Assembly: GCA_945487445.1 (NCBI GenBank) | Contig: CALYTU010000001.1 | Location: 1 to 35,576, forward strand | Origin: an uncultured Clostridia bacterium | GTDB lineage: Bacteria; Bacillota; Clostridia; Oscillospirales; Oscillospiraceae | DNA: 35,576 nt | Direction of reading: 5' to 3' | In this document: one piece after another, positions 8,113-16,676 of the stretch | How positions within the stretch are numbered: the first letter of the stretch is position 1 | Layout: each line of letters opens with the position of its first letter | The notes under the pieces: generated by a model | The model's input: the letters and a program-made list of their open reading frames with translations, nothing else | Database searches by the model: none | Told to the model about the DNA's origin: nothing | Translations under genes and position numbers: made by a program

Positions 8113-9771
8113 TTATTCGTTGGGATAAGGCTCCAGGAAGGCGTGGAAGTGTCTCATGGGCAGGGTACGGCCCGCCACGATCCGCACGTTGGGGATGGAC
8201 TCCCGGTCCTCATAGAGAGCTTTGACGGCAGCAATGATGTAGTCCATGTGCTCCTGGTTGAACATGCTGCGGTTGATGGCAAAGCGGACCACATTGCAGA
8301 CCTCTTCCTGCTGCTCCGGGGTCTTGAGGTCGTATTCCATGGAGTAGTCGCCCAGCTCGGCGGTGCGGATTCCGTAGCGCCGGATCAGCTCGATGGAAAA
8401 GCCCTGACCGGCAAACTTCTCGTGGTCGCGCTTGCCGTCGAAGAACTCGGTCATGTTGATGTAGACGCCGTGGCCGCCGGCGGGAAGAATGACGCCCTTG
8501 ATGCCGGCCTTGTAGAAGCCCTGGGCCAGATACTCACACTGCTGCACGCGGGCTTCCTGATAGTTGAAATTGCACTCCTCATAAAGGCCGGCTGCCAGCG
8601 CCATAATGTCGCGGCCGGACATGCCGCCGTAGGAGTCGTTGCCGTAGCAGGAGATCTGCTTGACCTTGAGCAGGACGCCCACATCCGTCTTAACGGTGCC
8701 GTCGGGGTTGAAGTCGGAGAATTTTCTCCAGAAGCGGCCCTTGTCGCGGAAGGCCAGCATGCCGCCCATGTTGGCGTGGCCGTTCTTCTTGGCGGACATG
8801 GTGAAGCCGTCGCAGTAGGAGAACATCTCCGTGGCAATCTCGGCAATGGACTTATCGGCATATCCCTCTTCATTCACCTTGATGAAGTAGGCGTTTTCCG
8901 CCCAGCGGGCAACGTCAAACATGAAGGGAATGTCATACTTCGCAGCGATCTTGGCAGTTTCGCGGATGGACTTCATGGAGACGGCCTGACCGCAAACGGT
9001 GTTGTTGGTGATGGTGGTGTAAATCAAGGGGACATTTTCGGGGCCGACGGTCTGGATCAGCTCCTCCAGCTTCTGCACGTCCATGTCGCCCTTGAAGGGG
9101 TTCCTCTCGTACTTGCCGCCCTCGGGAACCTCGTAGAGCAGCTCCTTGTTGTAGAGATTGCGGGGAATGGAGCCCATTTGCTTGATATTGCCCTCGGTGG
9201 TGTCGAAGTGGCCGTTGGAAGGAATCGTGAAGACCTTGCCGGGATGACGCTGGCCCATGATCTTCTTGACCATCTCGAACAGGACGGACTCGGCCGCTCT
9301 GCCCTGCTGGATCAGGAAGGTGTTGGGGCGCTCGAGCTGGGCCGCGCCGCCATTGAAGAAGCCGCCCTCATATTCGCAGAGATAGAGCTCGTTCATCAGT
9401 TTCTCGATGTCCTGGCAGTCGGTCCGGATCAGGTCGATGGACTTCTTCCAGTTCTTTTCGCCGCCGCGCTCAAAGATGTCGCGGAAGGCATCCAGAAGGA
9501 CGTAGTAGCCCTTGTTACGGCCATAGGACTCATCGCCCAGGAACATGGTGGACCACTGCACATCGGTCATCGCGGTGGTACCGGAGTCGGAAAGCATATC
9601 CACGGTCAGCATACCGGCGGGGAATGCAAATTCGTTGTAATGGGTCGCCTTCAATGCGCGCTCCCGCTGCTCCACCGTGACGGCAGGAATGTTGCGGGTC
9701 ACATAAGTCAGACTGCGGGGCGTCTTGACGTTCAGGGGATATTCGGTTGCCATTTGATATCGTTCCGCCAA
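8113..9771 (-). CDS. Beta-eliminating lyase family protein (tryptophanase / tyrosine phenol-lyase family), long form
   Basis: Family motifs are present: MLSDSGTTAM, HFDTTEGN, ARWAENAYFIK and the PLP-lysine motif MSAKKNG. 552 aa counted from TTG 9771, or 546 aa if the ATG at 9753 is used. It is about 80 aa longer than classical TnaA/TPL. Confidence 0.85.
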   Translation of the reverse strand: MAERYQMATEYPLNVKTPRSLTYVTRNIPAVTVEQRERALKATHYNEFAFPAGMLTVDMLSDSGTTAMTDVQWSTMFLGDESYGRNKGYYVLLDAFRDIFERGGEKNWKKSIDLIRTDCQDIEKLMNELYLCEYEGGFFNGGAAQLERPNTFLIQQGRAAESVLFEMVKKIMGQRHPGKVFTIPSNGHFDTTEGNIKQMGSIPRNLYNKELLYEVPEGGKYERNPFKGDMDVQKLEELIQTVGPENVPLIYTTITNNTVCGQAVSMKSIRETAKIAAKYDIPFMFDVARWAENAYFIKVNEEGYADKSIAEIATEMFSYCDGFTMSAKKNGHANMGGMLAFRDKGRFWRKFSDFNPDGTVKTDVGVLLKVKQISCYGNDSYGGMSGRDIMALAAGLYEECNFNYQEARVQQCEYLAQGFYKAGIKGVILPAGGHGVYINMTEFFDGKRDHEKFAGQGFSIELIRRYGIRTAELGDYSMEYDLKTPEQQEEVCNVVRFAINRSMFNQEHMDYIIAAVKALYEDRESIPNVRIVAGRTLPMRHFHAFLEPYPNE

Positions 9772-9784
9772 TTCAGATTCTCAA

Positions 9785-10981
9785 TCAGTTGCGGGGCTGG
9801 AGGCCATAGGACTCAGCCAGCTTGCGGAAGCTGGGCAGGCTGCGCTGGATCATCGCCGGGCTGACACAGGTGCTGAACCGGGTGAAGCCGGGGCAGCCGA
9901 AGCCGTCGCAGGGGACCGTCAGGATGTTCAGTTCCTTGGCGCGATCAGAGAAGGCCATGGAATTGCCGTCGGGAGCCTCGACCATCATGTAGAAAGCGCC
10001 CTGGGGCTTGACGCAGCGGAAGCCCATCCCGGTCAGCTCATTATAGAGCGTAACGCGGTTCTGGTCATAGGTTTTCAGATCAGGCCGCAGATGGGTGTTG
10101 CGAGCCACGACGCGCTGCCACAGGGAAGGCGCGCAGACATGACCCAAAGCGCGAGCAGCGCCGGCGATTGCAGCATAGACCTTGTCGCTTTCTGCACAGC
10201 AGTCGGGAACGCAGACATAACCGATACGTTCGCCGGGCATGGAGAGGATCTTGGAGTAGGAATAGCAGATGATGGTATTGGGGTAGATCGCGGGAATGTA
10301 GGGCGCATCCTGACCGTCATAGGTCAGCTCACGGTAGGGCTCATCGGAGAAGATATAGATCGGATGGCCGATCTCCTCGCTCTTGCGGGTCAGTACCTCA
10401 GCCAGGGCTTTGAGGGTCTCCACGCTGTAGATCACGCCGGAGGGATTGTTGGGAGAGTTGACAATGATCGCCTGTGTATTCTTGGTGATCCGCTTCTCAA
10501 CCTCGTCCACATGGACCTGGAAGTGCTCCGTATCGGGAGGAACAACCACGCACTTTGCACCGGTGGACGCACAGTAGGCGGGATACTCAGAGAAATAGGG
10601 GGCCAGGAGCATGAACTCCGCGTTCTCCACGGCCAGTGCCTGCATGCAGGAGGTCATTGCCGGAGCGGCGCCGCAGGTGAAGAAAATGTTCTGAGGGCGA
10701 ATCGTCGTGCCGGTGCGTCTGGTCAGGTCAGCGGCAATGGATTCCCGGGCCTCCGCGCAGCCGCCAGCGGGGGTATAGCTGTGCAGCGCGATGGGGTCCA
10801 TCTGCAAAAGCTCACGGACCGTATCCGCCACGGCCTCGGGAGCGGGGACGGAAGGATTGCCGATGGAAAAGTCGAATACGTTCTCCTTGCCGATTTTCTC
10901 GGCCTGGGCCATGCCATACTCGAACAGGACACGAATACGGCTCTTCGCAATACCCATCTGATGATATTTTTCAACAACCAT
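9785..10981 (-). CDS. Class I/II PLP-dependent aminotransferase
   Basis: 398 aa. Motifs NSPNNPSGV and YSYSKILSMPGERIGY (PLP lysine). The ATG overlaps the buk stop by 1 nt (TAATG). Confidence 0.85.
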   Translation of the reverse strand: MVVEKYHQMGIAKSRIRVLFEYGMAQAEKIGKENVFDFSIGNPSVPAPEAVADTVRELLQMDPIALHSYTPAGGCAEARESIAADLTRRTGTTIRPQNIFFTCGAAPAMTSCMQALAVENAEFMLLAPYFSEYPAYCASTGAKCVVVPPDTEHFQVHVDEVEKRITKNTQAIIVNSPNNPSGVIYSVETLKALAEVLTRKSEEIGHPIYIFSDEPYRELTYDGQDAPYIPAIYPNTIICYSYSKILSMPGERIGYVCVPDCCAESDKVYAAIAGAARALGHVCAPSLWQRVVARNTHLRPDLKTYDQNRVTLYNELTGMGFRCVKPQGAFYMMVEAPDGNSMAFSDRAKELNILTVPCDGFGCPGFTRFSTCVSPAMIQRSLPSFRKLAESYGLQPRN

Positions 10982-12069
10982 TATTGTTCATTCCTTTCCG
11001 GTAGATGATATTCGTTGGGGGTCTCCTGCCCTGTGAGGATCCGAAGACCACCCTGGGCCAGAGCTTCCATTTCGTTTTCGCCGGGGATCACTACCACGGG
11101 TGCAAGGAATCCGGCATATTCGCGGATCCGGTCCGTAAGCAGCTTCGAATAGGCCAAACCGCCTGTGAGAATGATTGCGTCACAATTCCCCTTCAGGGCT
11201 ACGGAAAGCAAACCGATGGTCTTTGCGATCTGATAGGCCTGGGCCTGGAGAATCTCATCGGCATGCCGGTCACCCGCCTGGATTCTGCGCTCGATTTCCC
11301 GGCAGTCACTGGTGCCGAGATGGGCGTACATGCCGCCCTTGCCGCGAATCTTCTTGTCCATCTCCGCCTTCGTGTACTTGCCGGAATAACAGAGCTTCAC
11401 CAGCGCCAGCGAGGGGAAGCAGCCGGCCCGCTCCGGAGAAAACTGGCCGTCGTCGTCGCCCACAGAGTCGATCATGACCCCGTGCTGATGGACGCTGGCA
11501 GAGGTGCCGCCTCCGAGGTGAAACACGATCAGATTCAGATCCTCGTATTTCCTGCCGATGGATTTGGCATAGCGGATGGCCTGCGCGTGGCTGTTCAGGA
11601 CATGACTGAAGGATTGCCGTCTGATTTCCGGCATTCCGGTGATCTGGGCAACAGGGCTGAGCTCACCGGAGGTCACAGCGTCATAGATATAGGCGGGAAT
11701 ATGATACTCCTCGGCAACAGCCCGTGCCAGCAGACCGCCCAGATTGGAGGCGTGCGGCTGGCTGTATTCATGATTGACCAGCGCCTCGCAGAGCTCGTCG
11801 TTGACCTCGTAGCCGCCGGTCTTCAAGCCGAACACCAGACCGCCGCGGCCGATCACCGAAGAGAGCTCCTCGCCCTTGATCTCATATTGTTTCATGAACT
11901 CCCGGATCAGCTCAAGCCGGAACGGCACCTGATCACCGATTGTCTCAAAGGCGAGCAGCTGTTCGGGTTTATGCTCGATGCTGGACTGCAAAACCTTTTG
12001 GTCGCCGTCATAGAGGGCCAGCTTGGTGCTGGTGGAGCCGGGATTGATGATAAGCTGGAGATAAGACAT
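10981..12069 (-). CDS. buk: Butyrate (short/branched/aryl acyl) kinase
   Basis: 362 aa. The N-terminus MSYLQLIINPGSTSTKLALYD is typical of butyrate kinases (ASKHA fold). It lies downstream of ptb with a 15-nt gap. Confidence 0.9.
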   Translation of the reverse strand: MSYLQLIINPGSTSTKLALYDGDQKVLQSSIEHKPEQLLAFETIGDQVPFRLELIREFMKQYEIKGEELSSVIGRGGLVFGLKTGGYEVNDELCEALVNHEYSQPHASNLGGLLARAVAEEYHIPAYIYDAVTSGELSPVAQITGMPEIRRQSFSHVLNSHAQAIRYAKSIGRKYEDLNLIVFHLGGGTSASVHQHGVMIDSVGDDDGQFSPERAGCFPSLALVKLCYSGKYTKAEMDKKIRGKGGMYAHLGTSDCREIERRIQAGDRHADEILQAQAYQIAKTIGLLSVALKGNCDAIILTGGLAYSKLLTDRIREYAGFLAPVVVIPGENEMEALAQGGLRILTGQETPNEYHLPERNEQ

Positions 12070-12084
12070 GATACCTCCTTGCCG

Positions 12085-12984
12085 TCAGCGGCTGATCGCG
12101 GCGCAGGCCATGAGGGAATAATACTTCTCCTCGAAGCTGGCGCTGCGGGAGTTCAGCGCGATGGGGCACTTCGCGCCTGTAACAACGCCAACCATCTTCG
12201 CGCCGGCATAGAGCAGCAGGCCTTTGACAAAGATATTGCCCACAGCCATATAGGGGACCAGAAGAATGTCGGTATTGCCGCTCACAGGGCTGTCGTAGCG
12301 TTTGATCTCGCAGGAGGTCTGATCCATGGCGAGATCAAGGGAGATCGGACCCTCCACGTAGCAGCTGCCAAACTCACCTGCCTGGGCCGCCTCCTTGAGG
12401 GCGGCGGCGTCCACCGTCTCGATAATCTTGGGGCTGACGGTCTCGGCGGCGCAGACGGCGGCCACCAGAGGCTTTTCATAGCCCAGCGCGCGGAAGGCCT
12501 CCACAGCGTTGCGGAGGATGCCCTTCTTCTGCTCGAGATCGGGGTGCGGCACCATGCCGCCGTCGGCCACACCGAGCAGCTTGTGATAACCGGGAATCTC
12601 AATGAAAGCTGTGTGGGAGATGATTCCGCCGGTTCCGATCCCGGTCTGCTTGTTGACCACAGCCTTGAGGATCGTGGAGGTCTGCATATAGCCCTTCTGG
12701 AGGAAATCAGCCTTGTCCTCGCGGATCAGCTCCACGGCCAGACGGGCGGCTTCCTCGTCGGTCTCGGCGTCCACAATGGTTTTGGGGTCGATCTCATGAC
12801 CGAGCTCGCGGCCAATGCGGATAATCTCATCGCGATGTCCCACCAGAATGTAGCGCAGAATTCCCTCGGAGGCCGCGTGCAGCACAGCCTCCAGGGTATG
12901 TGCGTCATGGGCGCAGGCCACGGCAACGGTCTTGGGCTCCCCTGCCCCGACCCGCTCGCGCAGCGCCTTGAAATCTTTCAGCAT
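12085..12984 (-). CDS. ptb: Phosphate butyryltransferase-type phosphotransacylase
   Basis: 299 aa PTA/PTB-family protein (..KTVAVACAHDAHTLEAV.., ..LLVPYMAVGN..). It sits in the canonical ptb-buk order. Confidence 0.85.
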   Translation of the reverse strand: MLKDFKALRERVGAGEPKTVAVACAHDAHTLEAVLHAASEGILRYILVGHRDEIIRIGRELGHEIDPKTIVDAETDEEAARLAVELIREDKADFLQKGYMQTSTILKAVVNKQTGIGTGGIISHTAFIEIPGYHKLLGVADGGMVPHPDLEQKKGILRNAVEAFRALGYEKPLVAAVCAAETVSPKIIETVDAAALKEAAQAGEFGSCYVEGPISLDLAMDQTSCEIKRYDSPVSGNTDILLVPYMAVGNIFVKGLLLYAGAKMVGVVTGAKCPIALNSRSASFEEKYYSLMACAAISR

Positions 12985-12995
12985 GGCAATCCCTC

Positions 12996-13580
12996 TCAGG
13001 CCTTGACAGCGTCGTGGCCGGCACGATAGGCCTTCAGGTTAAGCTCCTTGAACTTCGCAGGGACGGTGGAGGCGATAACGTCCTCCCAATCCACCACATC
13101 GTCCATGCCGAGCGCCTTGACCATGGAACCGAAGAGTACGATGTTCATGCACTTGGCGCTGCCCAGAGACTCAGCCAACTCGCCGGCCTTGAGCACATGG
13201 CACTTAAAGTTCTTTTCCATCGCTTCCAGGCAGCCTTCGGGATAAACCGCGAGGCCGGCCGCGATGCTCGAGGAGGCCATTTCATAATCGTTGATGACCG
13301 CGATGCCGTTGGGCTTGAGATATTCCGCGTAGCGGACGGCCTCCATCTTCTCGAAGGCGACGATGATATCAGCGGCGCCCTTCCCGATGACAGGGGAATT
13401 GACCTTCTCACCCCAGTGAACCTGGGTTGAGACAGAGCCGCCGCGCTGGCTCATACCGTGGACCTCGGACATTTTGACATCATAGCCGGCCCGCATGAGG
13501 CCGTTGACCAATACCTTCGCGGTGAGGATGGCGCCCTGGCCGCCAACGCCGACCAACAGTGCGCTTTTCGTTTTTGTCAT
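12996..13580 (-). CDS. iorB: Indolepyruvate:ferredoxin oxidoreductase, beta subunit
   Basis: 194 aa. The N-terminus LLVGVGGQGAILTAKVL is typical of the 2-oxoacid:ferredoxin oxidoreductase gamma-like IorB. It lies 3 nt after iorA. Confidence 0.85.
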   Translation of the reverse strand: MTKTKSALLVGVGGQGAILTAKVLVNGLMRAGYDVKMSEVHGMSQRGGSVSTQVHWGEKVNSPVIGKGAADIIVAFEKMEAVRYAEYLKPNGIAVINDYEMASSSIAAGLAVYPEGCLEAMEKNFKCHVLKAGELAESLGSAKCMNIVLFGSMVKALGMDDVVDWEDVIASTVPAKFKELNLKAYRAGHDAVKA

Positions 13581-13583
13581 GGC

Positions 13584-15338
13584 TTATTTCTCCTCTCTGG
13601 TGATGGCGCCCATCGGACAGACCTGCGCGCAGACGGTGCAGCCCACGCACTGGTTGTGGTCAATCCGGGCCTTATTATTTTCCACGAGAACGGCGGGGCA
13701 GCCCACGCCGAGGCAGCGCTTGCAGCCGATGCACTTATCGGTATCGACGACGCACTTGCCGATGTTGTGCTTGATGCGCTTGATCAGCAGACAGGGACGG
13801 CGGGCAATAATGGCCGCGGGAACCTCGGAATGCAGCGCGTCCTGAACAGCCTGCTCCATGGCCTTGAGATCCTGAGGGTCAACGATGATGACGTTCTGAT
13901 AGCCATAGGCGGTGAGAATGTCTTCGATTTTCAGAGCCTCGGCGATCTCGCCCTGGAGGTTGAAGCCGGTGCCGGGGTTGTCCTGGTGGCCGGTCATGCC
14001 GGTGATGGAGTTGTCCAGGACCACAGGAATCAGGTTGCCGTGATTGTAGATGATCTCGGCAGCGCCGGTCATGCCGCTGTGGAAGAAGGTGGAGTCACCC
14101 AGAACACCGAATACCTTCTTGTCGGTCACGCCGGAGGCCTCGAACGCCTTGGCCATACCCATTGCCACGGAGAAGCCGCCGCCCATACAAACCACACTGT
14201 CGAGCGCGTTGAGCGGAGCGGAACCGCCCAGCGTGTAGCAGCCGATATCGCCGGCGATGACGAAATCCTTATGCTTGGACATGGTGTAGAAGAAGCCTCT
14301 GTGGGGGCAGCCGGGGCAGAGTGCGGGGGGACGGGAAACTGCCTGCACACCCACGTCGGCGACAGAGGCAGCCTCGCCAAAGATGCGCTCATGAACAATC
14401 TGCGGATTGAGCTCATAGAGATTGCCAATCAAATTTTTGCCCTCGCAGGCGATGCCGGCGGCCTTGATCTGATCCTCCATGAAGCCATCGAGTTCCTCGA
14501 TGACATAGAGCTTCTCGACCTTGGAGGCAAACTCGCGCACCAAATCCATCGGCATGGGGTTGGTCAGGCCGAGCTTGAGGAAGGAGGTGCCTTCGGGGAA
14601 GGCGTCCTTTGCATAGTAGTAGGCAATGGAGGCGGTGACGACGCCGATCTTGCCGTCGCCCAACTCCATTTTGTTCAGCGGAGAGGTCACGCCATAGGCT
14701 TCCAGCTTCTTGAGGTTCTCTTCCAGCTTGGGATGGTTGCGGTAGGCGTTCGCAGGGGCGGAGATGTACTTGCGGGTGTTGCGGACATAGGCAGGCGCCG
14801 GATGCTCCACACGCTCACCGAAGGTGACGATGCTCTTGGAGTGAGCCACGCGGGTTGTGGTCCGGAACAGCACCGGCATGTCGAACTGCTCGGAGATCTC
14901 GTAGGCGGCCTTCATGAAATCCAGGCACTCCTGAGAGTCGGAAGGCTCCACCATGGCGATCTTGGCAGACTTCGCATAATAGCGGTTATCCTGCTCATTT
15001 TGAGAAGAGTGCATGCTGGGGTCATCGGCGGAGACGATTACAAAGCCGCCGCTGACGCCATTGTAAGCAGCAGTGAAAATGGGGTCTGCGGCCACGTTGA
15101 CGCCCACATGCTTCATGGCGCAGAGACTGCGTACCCCAGCAATGCTGGCGCCGTAGGCGACCTCTGTGGCGACCTTCTCATTCGGAGCCCACTCGCAATA
15201 GAGCGAATCCTTGTACTTGGGAAGATTCTCAAAAATCTCCGTGCTGGGAGTACCGGGATAGGCAGAACAGACCTTCACGCCGGACTCATAGGCTCCTCTG
15301 GCAATAGCTTCATTGCCGGAAAGCAACTGACGATCCAA
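13584..15338 (-). CDS. iorA: Indolepyruvate:ferredoxin oxidoreductase, alpha subunit
   Basis: N-terminus LLSGNEAIARGAYE, TPP-binding region GDIGCYTLG...GDSTFFHSG, and two C-terminal CxxCxxCxxxCP ferredoxin motifs. I place the start at TTG 15338, with GAAAGGTGG ending 9 nt upstream. The ORF-track start at 15416 lies in the AT-rich promoter region. Confidence 0.9.
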   Translation of the reverse strand: MDRQLLSGNEAIARGAYESGVKVCSAYPGTPSTEIFENLPKYKDSLYCEWAPNEKVATEVAYGASIAGVRSLCAMKHVGVNVAADPIFTAAYNGVSGGFVIVSADDPSMHSSQNEQDNRYYAKSAKIAMVEPSDSQECLDFMKAAYEISEQFDMPVLFRTTTRVAHSKSIVTFGERVEHPAPAYVRNTRKYISAPANAYRNHPKLEENLKKLEAYGVTSPLNKMELGDGKIGVVTASIAYYYAKDAFPEGTSFLKLGLTNPMPMDLVREFASKVEKLYVIEELDGFMEDQIKAAGIACEGKNLIGNLYELNPQIVHERIFGEAASVADVGVQAVSRPPALCPGCPHRGFFYTMSKHKDFVIAGDIGCYTLGGSAPLNALDSVVCMGGGFSVAMGMAKAFEASGVTDKKVFGVLGDSTFFHSGMTGAAEIIYNHGNLIPVVLDNSITGMTGHQDNPGTGFNLQGEIAEALKIEDILTAYGYQNVIIVDPQDLKAMEQAVQDALHSEVPAAIIARRPCLLIKRIKHNIGKCVVDTDKCIGCKRCLGVGCPAVLVENNKARIDHNQCVGCTVCAQVCPMGAITREEK

Positions 15339-15395
15339 TGTTAATAACCACCTTTCTAATTCTAAAGCAGGATTTTGTGTATTACGAACAAAATA

Positions 15396-15424
15396 ATTAT
15401 AAAATAACACTTGCAAACTGTAAA
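15396..15424 (-). promoter_or_regulatory. Promoter of the ior operon
   Basis: On the minus strand, TTTACA (15419-15424), exactly 17 bp, then TATAAT (15396-15401). It lies about 50 nt upstream of the iorA start. Confidence 0.55.
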
Positions 15425-15439
15425 GATGAAACTTATAAT
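15411..15439 (+). promoter_or_regulatory. Promoter of the LysR-family regulator gene
   Basis: TTGCAA (15411-15416), exactly 17 bp, then TATAAT (15434-15439). Its -35 overlaps the -35 of the divergent ior promoter. The dyad TAATA-gtag-TATTA (15436-15449) overlaps the -10. Confidence 0.55.
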
Positions 15440-15496
15440 AGTAGTATTAGATTTACTTATTTTTGACGCCATTTCTACGGATTAGAGGTTTTGCTT

Positions 15497-16393
15497 ATGA
15501 CGATCCAACAAGTTCTATACGTTTTGGAGATTGCTGCGCGAAACAGCGTGTCTCAGGCCGCCCAAAAGCTCTATCTCTCGCAGTCCGCACTGTCCCAGCA
15601 GCTGCGCCGTCTGGAGGAGGAGCTGGGCTATTCGCTCTTCTCCCGCACGGCCAACGGCTTACAGCTCACACCGGAAGGTCAGCGCTTTTGCGATCAGGCG
15701 GCACCTGTCGCGGAGCGATGGGCGGAATTCAGCAAATCCGTCCAGAAACGGCATACGACGGAGCAGCTCCGGCTCCGGCTCGGCATTGGCTCGCGCGTCT
15801 ATTCCAACGACCTGTTTTCACAGATCATCGAATACTTTGACGCCCGTCCGGAGATCGAGGTCACGTTCCTCACCGAGGCAGGGCAGGATGTGGTGGAGGC
15901 GCTGCGCCGGGGTGAGCTGGATCTGGCGCTTGACCGTCTGCCGATGGAGGAGCCCCAGTCAGAGGCAGGCGATATTTTCTCCTGCCCGCTGATTCGCGAG
16001 CGGCAATGTGTTCTCGTGGGGGCTAACGATTCACTGGCAGCGCGGGAAGCCCTGGCCTTCCGGGATCTGCAGGGCTGTACCATGATTTCCGGCCTGGAGG
16101 ATTCCGCCGAAGACCACTCTATGCGCTATATGATCAGAAAACACCACATCAGCGTCAACCGTGTCTACCGTTCCGACGGAATCGAGACCAGCATGCGTCT
16201 GGTCCGGGAGGGCATGGGCATTTCGTTCGGACCGGCGTCGTTTGCGGATTATTTCCGCGTCCGGGCAGTCCCGCTGGACCCGGAGACCTGGGTCAGTCTG
16301 CAGTTCATCTGTCTGCAATCCAGCCTGAAACGGCCGGAAATCAGCCGCTTCCGCGACTATCTGATCGAACTTTGCAGGCATCGGGCGGAATAA
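15497..16393 (+). CDS. LysR-family transcriptional regulator
   Basis: N-terminal wHTH IQQVLYVLEIAARNSVSQAAQKLYLSQSALSQQLRRLEEELG, followed by a roughly 200-aa substrate-binding domain. I place the start at ATG 15497, with GAGG 8 nt upstream. It is divergent from the ior operon. Confidence 0.9.
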   Translation: MTIQQVLYVLEIAARNSVSQAAQKLYLSQSALSQQLRRLEEELGYSLFSRTANGLQLTPEGQRFCDQAAPVAERWAEFSKSVQKRHTTEQLRLRLGIGSRVYSNDLFSQIIEYFDARPEIEVTFLTEAGQDVVEALRRGELDLALDRLPMEEPQSEAGDIFSCPLIRERQCVLVGANDSLAAREALAFRDLQGCTMISGLEDSAEDHSMRYMIRKHHISVNRVYRSDGIETSMRLVREGMGISFGPASFADYFRVRAVPLDPETWVSLQFICLQSSLKRPEISRFRDYLIELCRHRAE

Positions 16394-16638
16394 CCCAACA
16401 TCAGTCTTTTTGCAGATTAACGCACTGAATGGATTTAGAAATCGTTTTCTGTCGTAAACGATGTATGCTTCGCATGCGCGGGCGCTCTTTGTAAGCGCGT
16501 GAAGCGCTGGCAGCCCGGTGGGCTGCTGCGGATTGTCGTGGAGCGCTATGCTCGGAACGATATGCCATACCTTTTGGCGGCGTCGCCCCTACGGCGTTCA
16601 GCCGATGACCGGAATCTTTTTAAATGATTCAATGGCAG

Positions 16639-16675
16639 AAAAATTGCTTCCCCTGAAAAAGGAGAAGCAATTTTT
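16639..16675. terminator. Bidirectional intrinsic terminator (end of the pyr-pur-guaB array)
   Basis: aaaaaTTGCTTCcCCtgaaaaaGGaGAAGCAAttttt. On the minus strand it starts 2 nt after the guaB stop and ends in TTTTT. An A/T run flanks it on both sides. Confidence 0.75.
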
Positions 16676-16676
16676 A

